A stretch of DNA of 64,000 nucleotides from Octopus sinensis (lineage: Eukaryota), in the NCBI RefSeq assembly GCF_006345805.1, contig NC_043019.1, positions 1,488,001 to 1,552,000 of the forward strand, given 5' to 3'. The notes under the pieces are model-generated. The model saw nothing but the letters and a program-made list of their open reading frames with translations, did no database searches and had not been told where the DNA came from. Every line of letters begins with the position of its first letter. Position 1 is the first letter of the stretch. The position numbers and the translations under genes were made by a program. This document shows, in pieces, positions 37,477 through 50,260 of this stretch.

Positions 37477-37714
37477 GAATGGAGTTGAACGACGAATTAA
37501 CAAAATTCCTTTATTTTCAAAGGCTGCATATTCCTAATTGCGAAGGAATAAGGAGTATATTATGCCGCTTTCTCATAAGTTCCTTGCTTTTCCTGATGAA
37601 AAAGCGGCATAATATACTCCTTATTCCTTCGCAATTAGGAATATGCAGCCTTCGAAACATATGTCGAAAATAAAGGGATTTTGTTAATTCGTCGTTCAAC
37701 TCCATTCTTTCATA
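37469..37714. repeat. Palindromic hairpin element with hammerhead in right arm
   Basis: Arms 37469-37578 and ~37592-37714 are reverse complements apart from a 12-nt deletion in the left arm. Confidence 0.85.
37588..37670 (+). ncRNA. Type I hammerhead ribozyme motif
   Basis: TTTTC-CTGATGA-AAAAGCGGCATA...TATGCAGCCTTC-GAA-ACATATGT-C-GAAAA. Canonical core, palindromic stem III, GUC triplet (cleavage after 37665). Stem II has mismatches, including at the 10.1-11.1 pair. Confidence 0.62.
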
Positions 37715-37875
37715 TATTTATATTTAAAAAAAAACATTGAAATTTCCACACGAAAACACGTAACTTCAAACGTATCTTCTCTGATGTGAATTTGCTACCC
37801 AGGTATCGGTTAACCGAATTATCCTTAACAAGATAATTCATTCAACTACTCAAATATATATATATATATATATAT

Positions 37876-37984
<109 letters not shown>

Positions 37985-38000
37985 GAAAGAGAGAGAGATA

Positions 38001-38168
38001 TTGTTTAAGAAAAATGTCCATTTCTTTGGTTTTGTGTTTATGTTTTCGTTTCTCATTCTGTTCGACATTTTTTGGGTGTCCTGTACCCATATATGCATGT
38101 ATATATACATGTACATGTAGATACGTATATATATGTATGTATATATGCACATGTTTTATTTATTAATT
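38001..38168. repeat. Dispersed repeat shared with 1057-1228
   Basis: See 1057-1228. Confidence 0.7.
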
Positions 38169-38617
38169 TGTTATTATATATATATATATATATATATAAT
38201 TATATATAAAGATTACAGTAGAAATGCAAAGGCAAGCCGTTTGGGATCACTTGAAAGAGATATGTAATTTAGATAGAGAAAATAGATATACATTATCTCT
38301 TACAGCAGTTTCTAGAATAGGGAAGCGTATGTATCGTCATATTGAGTTAGAGTTCCATAGGCTGAGTAAACGATCGTCAGAGAGGGAGTAGTCATGGAGA
38401 TATAAAGGCGAGGAAAAATATCGAATCGAGAATATAAGTGTATACCCGTTTGCCAACAGTTGGGGAAGGATCAGTATAAAATAGAAATGCGTTAGGTAGA
38501 TCCATGATCAAATGAATTATGCAGCTACAGGTAATATTCAGATGCAGCTTCGAATGACAACGTTGGAAGATATTAATCCATGGCTAGAGATGGTGGATAT
38601 TATAGTCTCAGTTTTGA

Positions 38618-38678
<61 letters not shown>

Positions 38679-38696
38679 TGTGTCTGTGTACGTATG

Positions 38697-38737
<41 letters not shown>

Positions 38738-40179
38738 TATATATACACATTTATATCATCTATCCATCTACTTATCTATCATCATTGAAAAGAAACCGTT
38801 TTCGTCACGATGACTGCATAGGTTTCAACCGGCTGTTTTAACATATTCGTATCGCCGAATGTGCGTTAAATTATGAGACACAACAAGAAAATGACTCTCC
38901 CCAGACACTACAGAATATGCTTCAACACACGAACTCATATAAAGAATCTTGCAAACCAAATCCCCAAACGAAATATATATATATATATTATATATATATA
39001 TATATATATTATATATTATATCATATAATATATACATATATACGTACTTACATACATATGCACCTCTCATATATATGTGTGTGTGTGTGTGTTTTATGTA
39101 TTTTGTCAGACACCCTTGTTTATATAGCATAAAGTGGATAGCATCACTTTTTTGCATAGAGAAGCTAGATTATAGATACAATAAAAGTTTAAGCTTTGTT
39201 TCATTCGGAGACGCTGTCGGTTGTATTACAATCGATTATAACCATTCCACAGAAATTATTGTTCTATATAAAAGAAGACGAAGTATGAAAAGTGCTGATT
39301 TTCTTTTCTTGAAAGAAATCCCGAAACGATACGGAAATACATCAATAACTATCTGGTAATGAACGTCTGTAATTAATCGCTTCATTTAACCTCGTAATAT
39401 TGTTAGCTGTAAAATCTAATTATTTCTTCAATTTCGTGCCAATGTATTTGAAATTAATAATTACACATCTTTTATTGTGATATACTATGAATATCAATAG
39501 GGTGTGGTTAATACGACTAAGAAATAATGCCGATCCAGATATCACCGTGTTTACTTGAGTTATCTTCGAGCATAACAAAAATAGAATCACCGATAGATTT
39601 GTCTTTTGTTCCTTCAAGATCGAAGAAAAGAGAACAACCATTATAGGATGAAGTAAATTTACTGTGTTATTACTCACCACCCTTTCTCTCCACATGTTAA
39701 TTAAACTTATCGATCTTTTTCTCTGAATTTTCCTATTGATTAATTCTTGCCGATGCAGACAGTCACCGGGTTTCCTGGATTTAACCATAATGGAGCGTTT
39801 ATATCTTAAGGCATCTTACATTTCAATGCAGATTTTAGATATTGCTATTTTTGCCCTTTTTTTATAGTTGTTATTGTTTCTGTTATTGTTAGTTCTATAT
39901 TTAGTCGAGTCAAGTACACAAGCGATCAAATCTTTCCACCCATAAACATTCCCTAATTTTCTTTATCTACAATGTAACAATAGCTACGTTATTCAACGTG
40001 TGTTCTTGCTTTCTGCTATGTAATTGTTATTTCTAGCACACCGAGTTATCAAGTAGAATCCTTCATCCTACACTGGTTTGATTTTGGATATTTGACAGTA
40101 TCCTTCTTTCATTTCTCGTTCCACACCACTTGATTTAACAAGGTGATTTAACACAGCTCTATTCTTTTCTACACTAGAC

Positions 40180-40520
40180 ACAAGCACCAAAATTTTGTGG
40201 AAGGGGCCAGTCGATTAGATCGACCCTAGTATGCAAATGGTACTTAATTCATCGTCTCCGAAAGTCGACCTCAGCGAAATTTGAACTCAAAACGTAAAGA
40301 CTGACGAAAAAGCTTTTTCTTTTACTACCCACAAGGGGCTAAACACAGAGGAGACAAATAAGGACAGACAGAGGATTAAGTCGCTTATAGCAGTTCGGCA
40401 AAAGAGAATGATACAATAAGTACTAGGCTTACAAATGATAAGTCCTGGGATCAATTTGCTCGACTAAAGGGGGTGCTCCAGCATGGCCACAGTCAAATTA
40501 CTGAAACAAGTAAAAGAGAA
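40180..40520. mobile_element. Cluster of SINE fragments in both orientations
   Basis: 'gtcgacctcagcgaaatttgaactc', 'tttactacccacaagggg' and the plus-strand composite-SINE tail 'gcatggccacagtcaaattactgaaacaagtaaaagag'. Confidence 0.7.
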
Positions 40521-40619
40521 ATAGAGTAAATATATTGTGGAATTGTGCCAAATTTTGGCATTTGAAAGCTACATCAATGCTAGAACGCGACGTCACTGCA
40601 TAGTGCAAAGTTCCCAGCA

Positions 40620-40900
40620 ACGCCATCACACTTCAGGACCAGTTACTGCAACAGCCTCGGTTTCAAGTACCCACGGCTTTTTAATATTCTCCCAAAGAGT
40701 CTGAGAAAATTGCTCAAAATAGATGTAGGGATCTTAAAATCAAAGCTGGATCTCTTCCTGTCGAGAGTCCCAGATGCACCTACCTCACGGCAAGTGGTGC
40801 AAATGAGGGTAGCTATATCAAACTCCATTCTGGACCAAGTGCCACAAAGTAGCAAAACGGCGGTGCATCAGCATGGCCGCAGCTCTGAGCTAAAACTAGA
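40620..40900 (+). mobile_element. LINE 3'-end fragment (CR1/L2/Jockey-group-like C-terminus plus 3' stem-loop tail)
   Basis: CNSLGFKYPRLFNILPKSLR...VGILKSKLDLFLSRVPDAP....R.AISNSILDQV resembles the common LINE ORF2 end GPRLFN.LP...FK..LD.FL..VPD.P...SNSL.DQ. Confidence 0.6.
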
Positions 40901-41536
40901 GAAGAAAATGTATATATACAGAGGGAGAGAGGGAGAGAGCGAGAAAGAAAAAGATAAATAGATAGATAGTTTGATGTACAGATAGATATACATAAACATA
41001 TATGTATACATAAATACACATTGTTGTATGTATACATGTATATGTATGTATGTATGTATGTGTGTATGTCTCTGTTAGTGTAGACATGTACGTGTTCAGT
41101 TCTTAATCTGTTACTGTTTCAATTGAGAGTCAACGGTAGGTCAGGCTATAGGAAATTAGGCAATTCTCTTTCAACACTCACTTTAAAGAATCGTTGCAGA
41201 TATATCAAATTTTAAATAAAATATGAAGTACAGAAAAGCACACACACACACACATTTGTATGTGTGTGTGTGTGTGTGTGCTTCTGTGGCGAATGTGTTT
41301 GTGAAAGGGGATGAAAAACCAAATGACCACTGTTTGAATAGAATTTAATACTCTTAATCATAACTCCGCAGAATGAACGACAATATTTTTAATCTACGGT
41401 TATATTTAACCCTGAAGTAATCGTACACTCTAGTGGATATACCTCAAATCATCGTCTCTCTTGTAATACATTAACTCTACAAGTGGTCATTTAATCTGCT
41501 CTACAGTATTATTTCGGTATTACTAGTGCAATTTGT

Positions 41537-43925
41537 AAGGCGGCGAGCTGGCAGAAACGTTAGCACGTCGGGCGAAATTCTTAGCGGTATTTCGTCTGCC
41601 GCTACGTTCTGAGTTCAAATTCCACCGAGGTCGACTTTGCCTGTCATGCTTTCGGGGTCGATCAGATAAATACCATGTACGCACTGGGGTCGATATAATT
41701 GACTTAATCCTTTTGTCTGTCCTTGTTTGTCCCCTCTGTGTGTAGCCCCTTGTGGGCAGTAAGGAAATAAGAAAGTAAATTAACACGTGGGGCGAAATGC
41801 GTAGCCGTATTTCGTCTGCCGTTACGTTGTGAGTTCAAATTACACCGAGGTCGACATTGCCTTTCATCCTTTCGGGGTCGATAAGTTAAGTACCAGTTAC
41901 GCACTGGGGTCGATGTAATCGACTTAATACCTATGTCTGTCCTTGTTTGTCCTCTCTGTGTTTAGCCCCTTGTGGGCAGTAAAGAAATATGCAACGTTAG
42001 CACGCCGGGCGAAATGCGTAGCCGTATTTCGTCTGCCGTTACGTTGTGAGTTCAAATTACACCGAGGTCGACATTGCCTTTCATCCTTTCGGGGTCGATA
42101 AGTTAAGTACCAGTTACGCACTGGGGTCGATGTAATCGACTTAATACCTATGTCTGTCCTTGTTTGTCCTCTCTGTATTTAGCCCCTTGTGGGTAGTAAA
42201 GAATATATGCAACGTTAGCACGCCGGCGAAATGCGTAGCCGTATTTCGTCTGCCGTTACGTTGTGAGTTCAAATACACCGAGGTCGACATTGCCTTTCAT
42301 CCTTTCGGGGGGTCGATAATAAGTACCAGTTACGCACTGGGGTCGATATAATCGACTTAATACCTATGTCTGTCCTTGTTTGTCCTCTCTGTATTTAGCC
42401 CCTTGTGGGTAGTAAAGAAATATGCAACGTTAGCACGCCGGGCGAAATTGCGTAGCCGTATTTCGTCTGCCGTTACGTTGTTGTGAGTTCAAATTACACC
42501 GAGGTCGACATTGCCTTCATCCTTTCGGGGTCGATAAGTTAAGTACCAGTTACGCACTGGGGTCGATGTAATCGACTTAATACCTATGTCTGTCCTTGTT
42601 TGTCCTCTCTGTGTTAGCCCCTTGTGGGTAGTAAAGAAATATGCAACGTTAGCACGCCGGGCGAAATGCGTAGCCGTATTTCGTCTGCCGTTACGTTGTG
42701 AGTTCAAATTACACCGAGGTCGACATTGCCTTTCATCCTTTCGGGGTCGATAAGTTAAGTACCAGTTACGCACTGGGGTCGATATAATCGACTTAATACC
42801 TATGTCTGTCCTTGTTTGTCCTCTCTGTATTAGCCCCTTGTGGGTAGTAAAGAAATATGCAACGTTAGCACGCCGGGCGAAATGCGTAGCCGTATTTCGT
42901 CTGCCGTTACGTTGTGAGTTCAAATTACACCGAGGTCGACATTGCCTTTCATCCTTTCGGGGTCGATAAGTTAAGTACCAGTTACGCACTGGGGTCGATG
43001 TAATCGACTTAATACCTATGTCTGTCCTTGTTTGTCCCCTCTGTGTTTAGCCCCTTGTGTGGTAGTAAAGAAATATGCAACGTTAGCACGCCGGGCGAAA
43101 TGCGTAGCCGTATTTCGTCTGCCGTTACGTTGTGAGTTCAAATTACACCGAGGTCGACATTGCCTTTCATCCTTTCGGGGTCGATAAGTTAAGTACAGTT
43201 ACGCACTGGGGTCGATGTAATCGACTTAATACCTATGTCTGTCCTTGTTTGTCCTCTCTGTGTTTAGCCCCTTGTGGGTAGTAAAGAAATATGCAACGTT
43301 AGCACGCCGGGCGAAATGCGTAGCCGTATTTCGTCTGCCGTTACGTTGTGAGTTCAAATTACACCGAGGTCGACATTGCCTTTCATCCTTCGGGGTCGAT
43401 AAGTTAAGTACCAGTTACGCACTGGGGTCGATGTAATCGACTTAATACCTATGTCTGTCCTTGTTTGTCCTCTCTGTGTTTAGCCCCTTGTGGGTAGTAA
43501 AGAAATATGCAACGTTAGCACGCCGGGCGAAATGCGTAGCCGTATTTCGTCTGCCGTTACGTTGTGAGTTCAAATTACACCGAGGTCGACATTGCCTTTC
43601 ATCCTTTCGGGGTCGATAAGTTAAGTACCAGTTACGCACTGGGGTCGATGTAATCGACTTAATACCTATGTCTGTCCTTGTTTGTCCTCTCTGTGTTTAG
43701 CCCCTTGTGGGTAGTAAAGAAATATGCAACGTTAGCACGCCGGGCGAAATGCTTAGCCGTATTTCGTCTGTCTTTACGTTAGGAGTTCAAATCCCGCCAA
43801 GGTCGACTTTGCTTTTCATCGTTTCGGGGTTGATAAATTAAGTACCAGTTGCGTACTGGGGTCGATCAAATCGACTTTCCCCTTCCCTCAAAATTACAGG
43901 CCTTGTGACTAGAGTAGAAAGGAAT
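41537..43925 (+). repeat. Tandem array of SINE monomers: one headed copy, nine near-identical ~217-bp units, one sister-family terminal monomer
   Basis: The junction 'gtaaagaaatatgc|aacgttagcacgcc' recurs at 41993, 42211, 42426, 42645, 42861, 43079, 43295, 43511 and 43728. Confidence 0.95.
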
Positions 43926-44195
43926 GAATATGTATAAAGGAAAACAGATGAGTTCACATAAAAACCATGCATGCCTTGTGAGTAGCAGTTTTTAATTTTT
44001 TTAACAAATATACAGCTTTTGTTATATAATCATTAGGAGTTCAATACACGACACTGTCATCTCGTAGTTTTCTACTAACATATCCACGCATGATCTTCCG
44101 CTGATATACGCTCATCCTTTCTCATCTGATGGTATATTGCAGTAGAGTCGTGTGACTCCTCTGGGCATGTATTGAAGGTTATCAGACAAGGAACT

Positions 44196-44581
44196 CTGCT
44201 GTTGCTGTTGCTGTTGAGCGAACGGTCTTCGTCCCAGAGCTCACAAGATGGGAGAAGTCCGAAACGTGGTCCTTTGCTATTCGTAAGATCCGCAGAAGAG
44301 AAAGCAGGTCAACCCCCGACACCGAGAGCATCGACGGATGGATGAATGTGCATCCAGGCTCAGCGGTTGCGTAGGAAGTCGGGGACAAGAAACAGGAAGA
44401 AAGAGTGAGAGAAAGTTGGAGCGAAAGAGTACAACAGGGGTCGCCACCACCCCCTGCCGGAGCCTCGTGGAGCTTTAGGTGTTCTCGCTCAATAAACACA
44501 CACAACGCCCGGTCTGGGAATCGAAACCGCGATCCTACGACCGCGAGTCCGCTGCCCTAACCACTGGACCATTGCACCTCC
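44196..44581 (-). mobile_element. tRNA-derived SINE, full length, (CAACAG)n tail
   Basis: Head 'gaggtgcaatggtccagtggttagggcagcggactcgcggtcgtaggatcgcggtttcgattccc' and tail 'tcaacagcaacagcaacagcag'. Confidence 0.8.
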
Positions 44582-44699
44582 ACAAGGAATGCTACTCAAG
44601 GAGCTGCTTTCCAAGTCTTATGATATTTATCAGCCTCATGTACGCAAACTTGGTCAAGGGATGCACTTCGACACTTAGTTGCTAAAAGGTGTTGCCGAA

Positions 44700-45130
44700 A
44701 GAATGTGATACGACATTCAAAGGCAGTCTAGATTGATGTTAAGTATCTCGCCCCTTGTTTTCGTTTCGCAACTGTTGATGAGCAACTCATGTGTGCTGGT
44801 TAGTATCTTCCAGATTTTAACTCTAATGGTTTGAATCTCATCAAGCGTCCAATCAAGCAACCAAAATTTTGTTATGAGTATTGGTACTGAAAAAACATTG
44901 TGGGCCACTGCTTCATTGAATATAGCGATTTCCGAGCTCGAAATTTTCCTTATTCGACTGTAATGTTCTTTAGTGACACCTATTTTGTTATAGGTGCCAT
45001 TGGAAGATATGCTTTCATCCACACCTTGATACCTGTAACATTCTTCATCAGATACAGGAAAAACAATTAAGTCATTGATGGAGGTGTTGCTAGTCTGGTT
45101 TACAGTATTCCTTCTTCTCACAAACATTTA
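44700..45130 (-). pseudogene. Degenerate R4/Dong-like LINE RT C-terminal remnant
   Basis: CYRYQGVDE...VTKEHYSRIRKISSSE...AHNVFSVPIL...LLDWTLDEI...KILT parallels the YKYLG..Y..R.RKI..SEL..N....W...E...D.K.RK.LT region of the 28-32 kb element. Confidence 0.65.
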
Positions 45131-45150
45131 TCCTGCTCTAACTCCAGTCT

Positions 45151-45152
<2 letters not shown>

Positions 45153-45182
<30 letters not shown>

Positions 45183-45242
45183 TGTATGTATGTATGTATG
45201 TATGTATGTATGTATGCATGTATGTATGTATGTATGTATGTC

Positions 45243-45274
<32 letters not shown>

Positions 45275-45740
45275 TGTATGTATGTATGTATGTATGTGTG
45301 TGTGTATGTATGTATGTATGTATGTAAGTATGTATTTAATTGTGTGTATATGTATGTATGTATGTGTGTATGTATTTATGTATTATGTAAGTATGTATGT
45401 ATGTTTGTATGTGTATGTATGTATGTGTGTATGTATGTATTTATGTATCTATGTATGTAATTATGTATGTAAGTGTGTATGTATGTGTATGTATGTGTGT
45501 ATGTATGTATTTATGTATGTTTGTATGTATATATGTATTTATGTATGTATGTATGTAAGTGTGTATGTATGTGTGTATGTATGTATTTATGTATGTATGC
45601 ATGTATGTATGTATGTATGCATGCATGTATCTGTGCATGTATGTATTTATCCATGTATGTATCTGTGTATGTATGTATGTATGTATGTATGTATGCATGT
45701 ATGTATCTGTGTATGTATGTATTATGCATGTATGCATGTA
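45153..45740. repeat. Long degenerate (TATG)n microsatellite
   Basis: Direct inspection. Confidence 0.95.
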
Positions 45741-46480
45741 TAGATTTTATGGAAGAAATATTTGAAATAGTTACTTCATGTAAAAGTGTGTTAAAGTATT
45801 TAGTTTTCTTCAGCAGTTTAAAATTAATTATTTATTTAGAAATATGTTATTCACTCATATCTTAAATAGTATCACCACATGAATTCATATGTTCCATATA
45901 ATTATTTATAATTACGTACAATGTTCATTATTTATAATTTATTAATTATTTCTATGGAACAAACTAACCAATAAAGTCAAGAAATCAATTTATGAATATC
46001 GCTATCGGAAGCACAGTTCGAAGAAATGATGAGTAACAGAATTTCTGTAATAATTTCTATCGTCGTCGTCGTCGTCGTCGTCATCGTCATCGTCATCATC
46101 GTCGTCGTTGTCGTTGTCGTCATCGTCATCGTTTGTGTTCATGACTGCTGCTGTCATCGTAGCCATAATAATCATGGGAATGATCCACGTGAACATTCAA
46201 TATCATAAACACCAAAACAATCGTTATCATCATCGCCATCACCCTCATCAGCATCATCACCACCACCACTACCATCATCATCGTCATCATCCTCGTCGTC
46301 GTCGTCGCCTTCGTCTTCATCCTCTACCTCCTTCTCCTCCTCCTCCTTCCCCACCTCCTCATGCTACCCCTCCTCCTCCTCCTCGTCGCCAAATACTGCT
46401 TCACCTCCATCCGCATCAGCATTTTCATCATCGAAATAAAAAAAAACACACAATTATCACCCCCATGATAATGACAACTT

Positions 46481-46871
46481 GTTTCTTTACTACCCATAAG
46501 GGGCTAAACACAAAGAGGAGAAACAAGGATTATATCTGGGGTCGATATAATCGACTCCAGTGCGTGACTGGTACTTAATTTATCGACCCCGAAAGGATGA
46601 AAGGCAAAGCCGACACCAGCGGAATTTGAACTCAGAACGTAACGGCAGACGAAATACGGCTACGCATTTCGCCCGGCGTCCTAACGTTTTTGCCAGCTCG
46701 TCGCCTTAGAAAAGAGTACAACAGGAGTCACAAACACACCTTACCGGAGCCAAGTGGAGCTTTTAGGTGTTTTCGCTCTATAAACACATACAACGTCCGG
46801 TCTGGGAATCGAAATCGCGATCCTCTGACCGTGAGTCAGCTGCCCTAACCACCGGGCCATTGCGCCTCCAC
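46481..46871 (-). mobile_element. Two adjacent SINEs (46481-46707 and 46710-46871)
   Basis: The first matches the 2248-2480 family and the second matches the 44196-family head. Confidence 0.8.
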
Positions 46872-47377
46872 ATGATAATGAGAACCATCATAATGAATGA
46901 CATGTGACCTTTGCAGTTGCCAGGGTCGGATTAAGGCACATAGAGACCCTAAACACTTAAAAGTTTTTCGTGACTCCAGATTTATGTAATTCAAAATATA
47001 AGTAATAATAAACCATAAAACACACTATTATATTTCAAAATGAATTAAGGCTAGCAGTTAGATGGGAACTAATGTTTATTTTGTATACTTTCTCTTTATT
47101 TATCGACATTTATATTTGAAATGTTGTTTCCTACATTTTTCAATTGGAAAGTCTCTAAACAGATCCTAATAATTAACTTTACGCAACACATCTGCTTCTC
47201 TGTTTAATAGAGATGATGCATCCCGAAAACTATTTTAGCAAGTGAAAAACTTATTTCTTTTGTACCGTAAATCCATTACTATTTCTGTGGAGACCCTTCC
47301 CCGTTTCCCCTGATGCTCGAAACGCGCTTATTTTACTCCAGCGCTGGATTTGGGGGTACAAACACAGGCACACACAC

Positions 47378-47443
<66 letters not shown>

Positions 47444-47444
<1 letters not shown>

Positions 47445-47596
47445 CGACGGGCTTCTTACAGTTTCCGTCTACCAAATCCACTCACAAGGCTTTGGTCGGC
47501 CCGAGGCTATAGTAGAAGACACTTGCCCAGGGTGCCACGCAGTGAGATTGAACCCGGATCCATGTGGTTGGTAAGCAAGCTACTTACCACATGGCC
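47444..47596 (-). mobile_element. Composite SINE head half
   Basis: 'acgacgggcttcttacagtttccgtctacc...gcaagctacttaccac'. Confidence 0.8.
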
Positions 47597-48144
47597 AGAA
47601 GAAGCAGTAACAGTTGCGGTAACGTTGGAGGAAGTAGAATACAAGACTAAACGTAGTAAACCAATTCCATTAAATTATACTTACATGGCTATAAAATAAA
47701 CAAGACCAGATATATAAAGAGAAATTTCTATTGTTAAATAATGTATTTGATTTGCAAAATTCTTGATGCGAAACCGTGTATTGAAAAAAGGCATTATTCC
47801 ATTCCCAAGCGGTTTTATTTCTGTTTCGTGATACTAAATTTTTGAAGTTTTTCGTCGCACGACTCCCTCGTGGGAACTTTATTTATCAAGCTAAACTTGG
47901 GAAGCTAAATACTAAAATAAACAAGCGAACAAAACGTAGGTAATAATTGTTTCTATTATAAGCACAGGCCTGAAATGTGTGCTGAGAGAATCAGTCGACT
48001 GTATCGATACCAGTACTTGATCAGTACTATATTTTATTGACTTCGGAAGAAACTATATCTATATGATATGTTAAGTGTATCGGTATATATACTTTTTAAT
48101 AAGCCGTACTTAGCCATGTGACCTAGGACAAAAGCAACCAAAGA

Positions 48145-48530
48145 GTGGCCATGTGATAAGTAGCTTGCTTACGAACCACTTGATTCCGGGTTCAGTCTCA
48201 CTGCGTGGCACCTTGGGAAAGTGTCTTCTACTATAGCCTCGGGCCGACCAAAGCCTTGTGAGGGGATTTGGTAGACGAAAACTGAAAGAAGCCCGTCGTA
48301 TATATGTATATACATATGTAAGTGTGTGTATATGTGGTTGTCCCCCCAACATCACTTGACGACCGATGCTGGTGTGATTACGTCCCCATAACTCAGCGGT
48401 TCGGCAAAAGAGACCGATAGAATAAGTACCAGGCTTACAAAGGATAAGTCCTGGGGTCGATTTTCTCGACTAAAGGCGGTGCTGCAGCATGGCCACAGTC
48501 AAATGACTGAAACAAGTAAAAGAGTAAGAG
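48145..48530 (+). mobile_element. Composite tRNA-derived SINE
   Basis: Same organisation as 36552-37019. Confidence 0.85.
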
Positions 48531-48959
48531 AGATGGTGGTAGGAGAGAAAATTTCGCATACACACGTAAACTAACGCATGCGCAGGCACACGCACACCAT
48601 ATACACACACACATATATCTATATACATAAACACATTATTTTTTATGTAAATACATCACAAATTATTATGACATAACAATGGAATTTAGCAGTTTTTCAA
48701 ATTCGCTTTACGTTATTTCAATCAAAAACGCACATCGAAACACCAACACACACACAGATGCATACACAGACACATACATATTCAGACGCATACATTCATT
48801 CGTATTCAACCACGTGCACATATACAGATATACACACAAGTATACACAAAGGGAAAGTAGAAATATTGACATAAAACAGATGCTATCATTACAGAAATAT
48901 TTAAAAGCTTCAGTGCTTCAATTCTCCTGTCCCTCTCAGAAACTATACCTCTCTCCTTC

Positions 48960-49446
48960 CTTCCTCCCTCCCTCCCTACCTACCTACCTACCTACCTACC
49001 TACCTATCTACCTAACTACCTACCTACCTACCTACCTACCTAACTACCTACCTAACTGCCAGCATACATACCTACCTACATACATTCCTACTTACCTACA
49101 TCCTGACATGCCTCCTTACCTAGGTACGTACGTACCTATTTATCTACCTGCCTATCTACCTACCTGCCTATCTACATATCTACTTGCCTACCTATCTACC
49201 TACCTACCTACCTACCTACCTACCTACCTACCTACCTACCTACCTACCTACCTATCTACCTTCCACCTACCTACATGCCTACTTACCTGCCTAACTGCTT
49301 GCCTGCCTACCTACCTACCTACCTACCTACCTACCTACCTACCTACCTACCTACCTACCTATCTACCTACTTACCTATCTACCTACCTACCTACCTACCT
49401 ACCTCCCTACCTACCTCCCTACCTACTTACTTACCTACTTACCTAA
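48960..49446. repeat. Long degenerate (CCTA)n microsatellite
   Basis: Direct inspection. Confidence 0.95.
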
Positions 49447-49534
49447 GTTACGGGGACGTAAACAAACCAACATCACTTGTCAAGCGACGGTTGGGTAGCA
49501 AACACACACACACACGCACACACATACACACACA

Positions 49535-49582
<48 letters not shown>

Positions 49583-49693
49583 ATAGACACCTCGTAAAAC
49601 ATCGTTTTATGTTTATTCTGACTTCTAAAAGTATTTATATTTATTAGTAATTGACATTTTGACGTTTCAGATGTTATATGTGACTGTTTAATG

Positions 49694-50260
49694 ATGCCAT
49701 GTACAAAAGAAACCTTGGAACTGTCTGAATTTCAAAGAGGCCGTGTTGTGAGTCATTCTTAGAGTGGACACAGTGAGTGTAAAATTGAGCAAAACCTTGA
49801 GATCTTGCTTCCCACAGTTAATAGAGTGATGGAGCATTCAACAGAAAGGTGAATGCACAACTCCGACCAGATCAACTAGGTCCCTCTGAGAGGACTTTCT
49901 CTTTATTAAGAGAAGGGTGGAAAATAATACTCGTTGCAAGGCCTCTGACTTAGCAGAACAATTTTTTGTCAATCCCCAAACAGCTGTCAGGTATCTCCAC
50001 AAACTTAGTTGCTATTATCGCAGGACAGCAAGAAGGATGCGACTTCTTCGACCAGCCGACATCAAACGGAGAAAATATTGAGCTAGTGAGATGGTGGAGA
50101 GGCCACAAGCATTTTGGGACACTTTCATATTCTCTGATGAGTCGAGATTTGCTGTATTTCCTGACAGTGGTCGTATGTGGGTCTGGAGAATCTACGATCA
50201 AGAATTCGATGTGATCAGATTGCAGCTATTCTGGGATGGTCTGGGAAGCAATTTGGAGCA
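49694..50260 (+). pseudogene. Tc1-family transposase fragment
   Basis: MPCTKETLELSEFQRGRVV (N-terminal HTH) ... FWDTFIFSDESRFAVFPDSGRMWVWR (first catalytic D). Contains stops and lacks the C-terminal half. Confidence 0.8.

Noticed and set aside
41537-43925. CRISPR-like regular array
   Set aside because: The units are ~217-bp near-identical SINE monomers with no unique spacers and no cas genes, in a eukaryotic context.
45075-45865. Long ORFs (MYVC/HTYI repeats)
   Set aside because: They are translations of the (TATG)n microsatellite.
47305-47332. 'CTGATG-CTCGAAACGCG' hammerhead-like fragment and hAT-like 'cagggtcggattaagg' end at 46921
   Set aside because: The core is incomplete with no stem II, and there is no matching TIR or TSD for a hAT call.
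48679-49586. 255-aa ORF rich in PTYL
   Set aside because: It is a translation of the (CCTA)n microsatellite.
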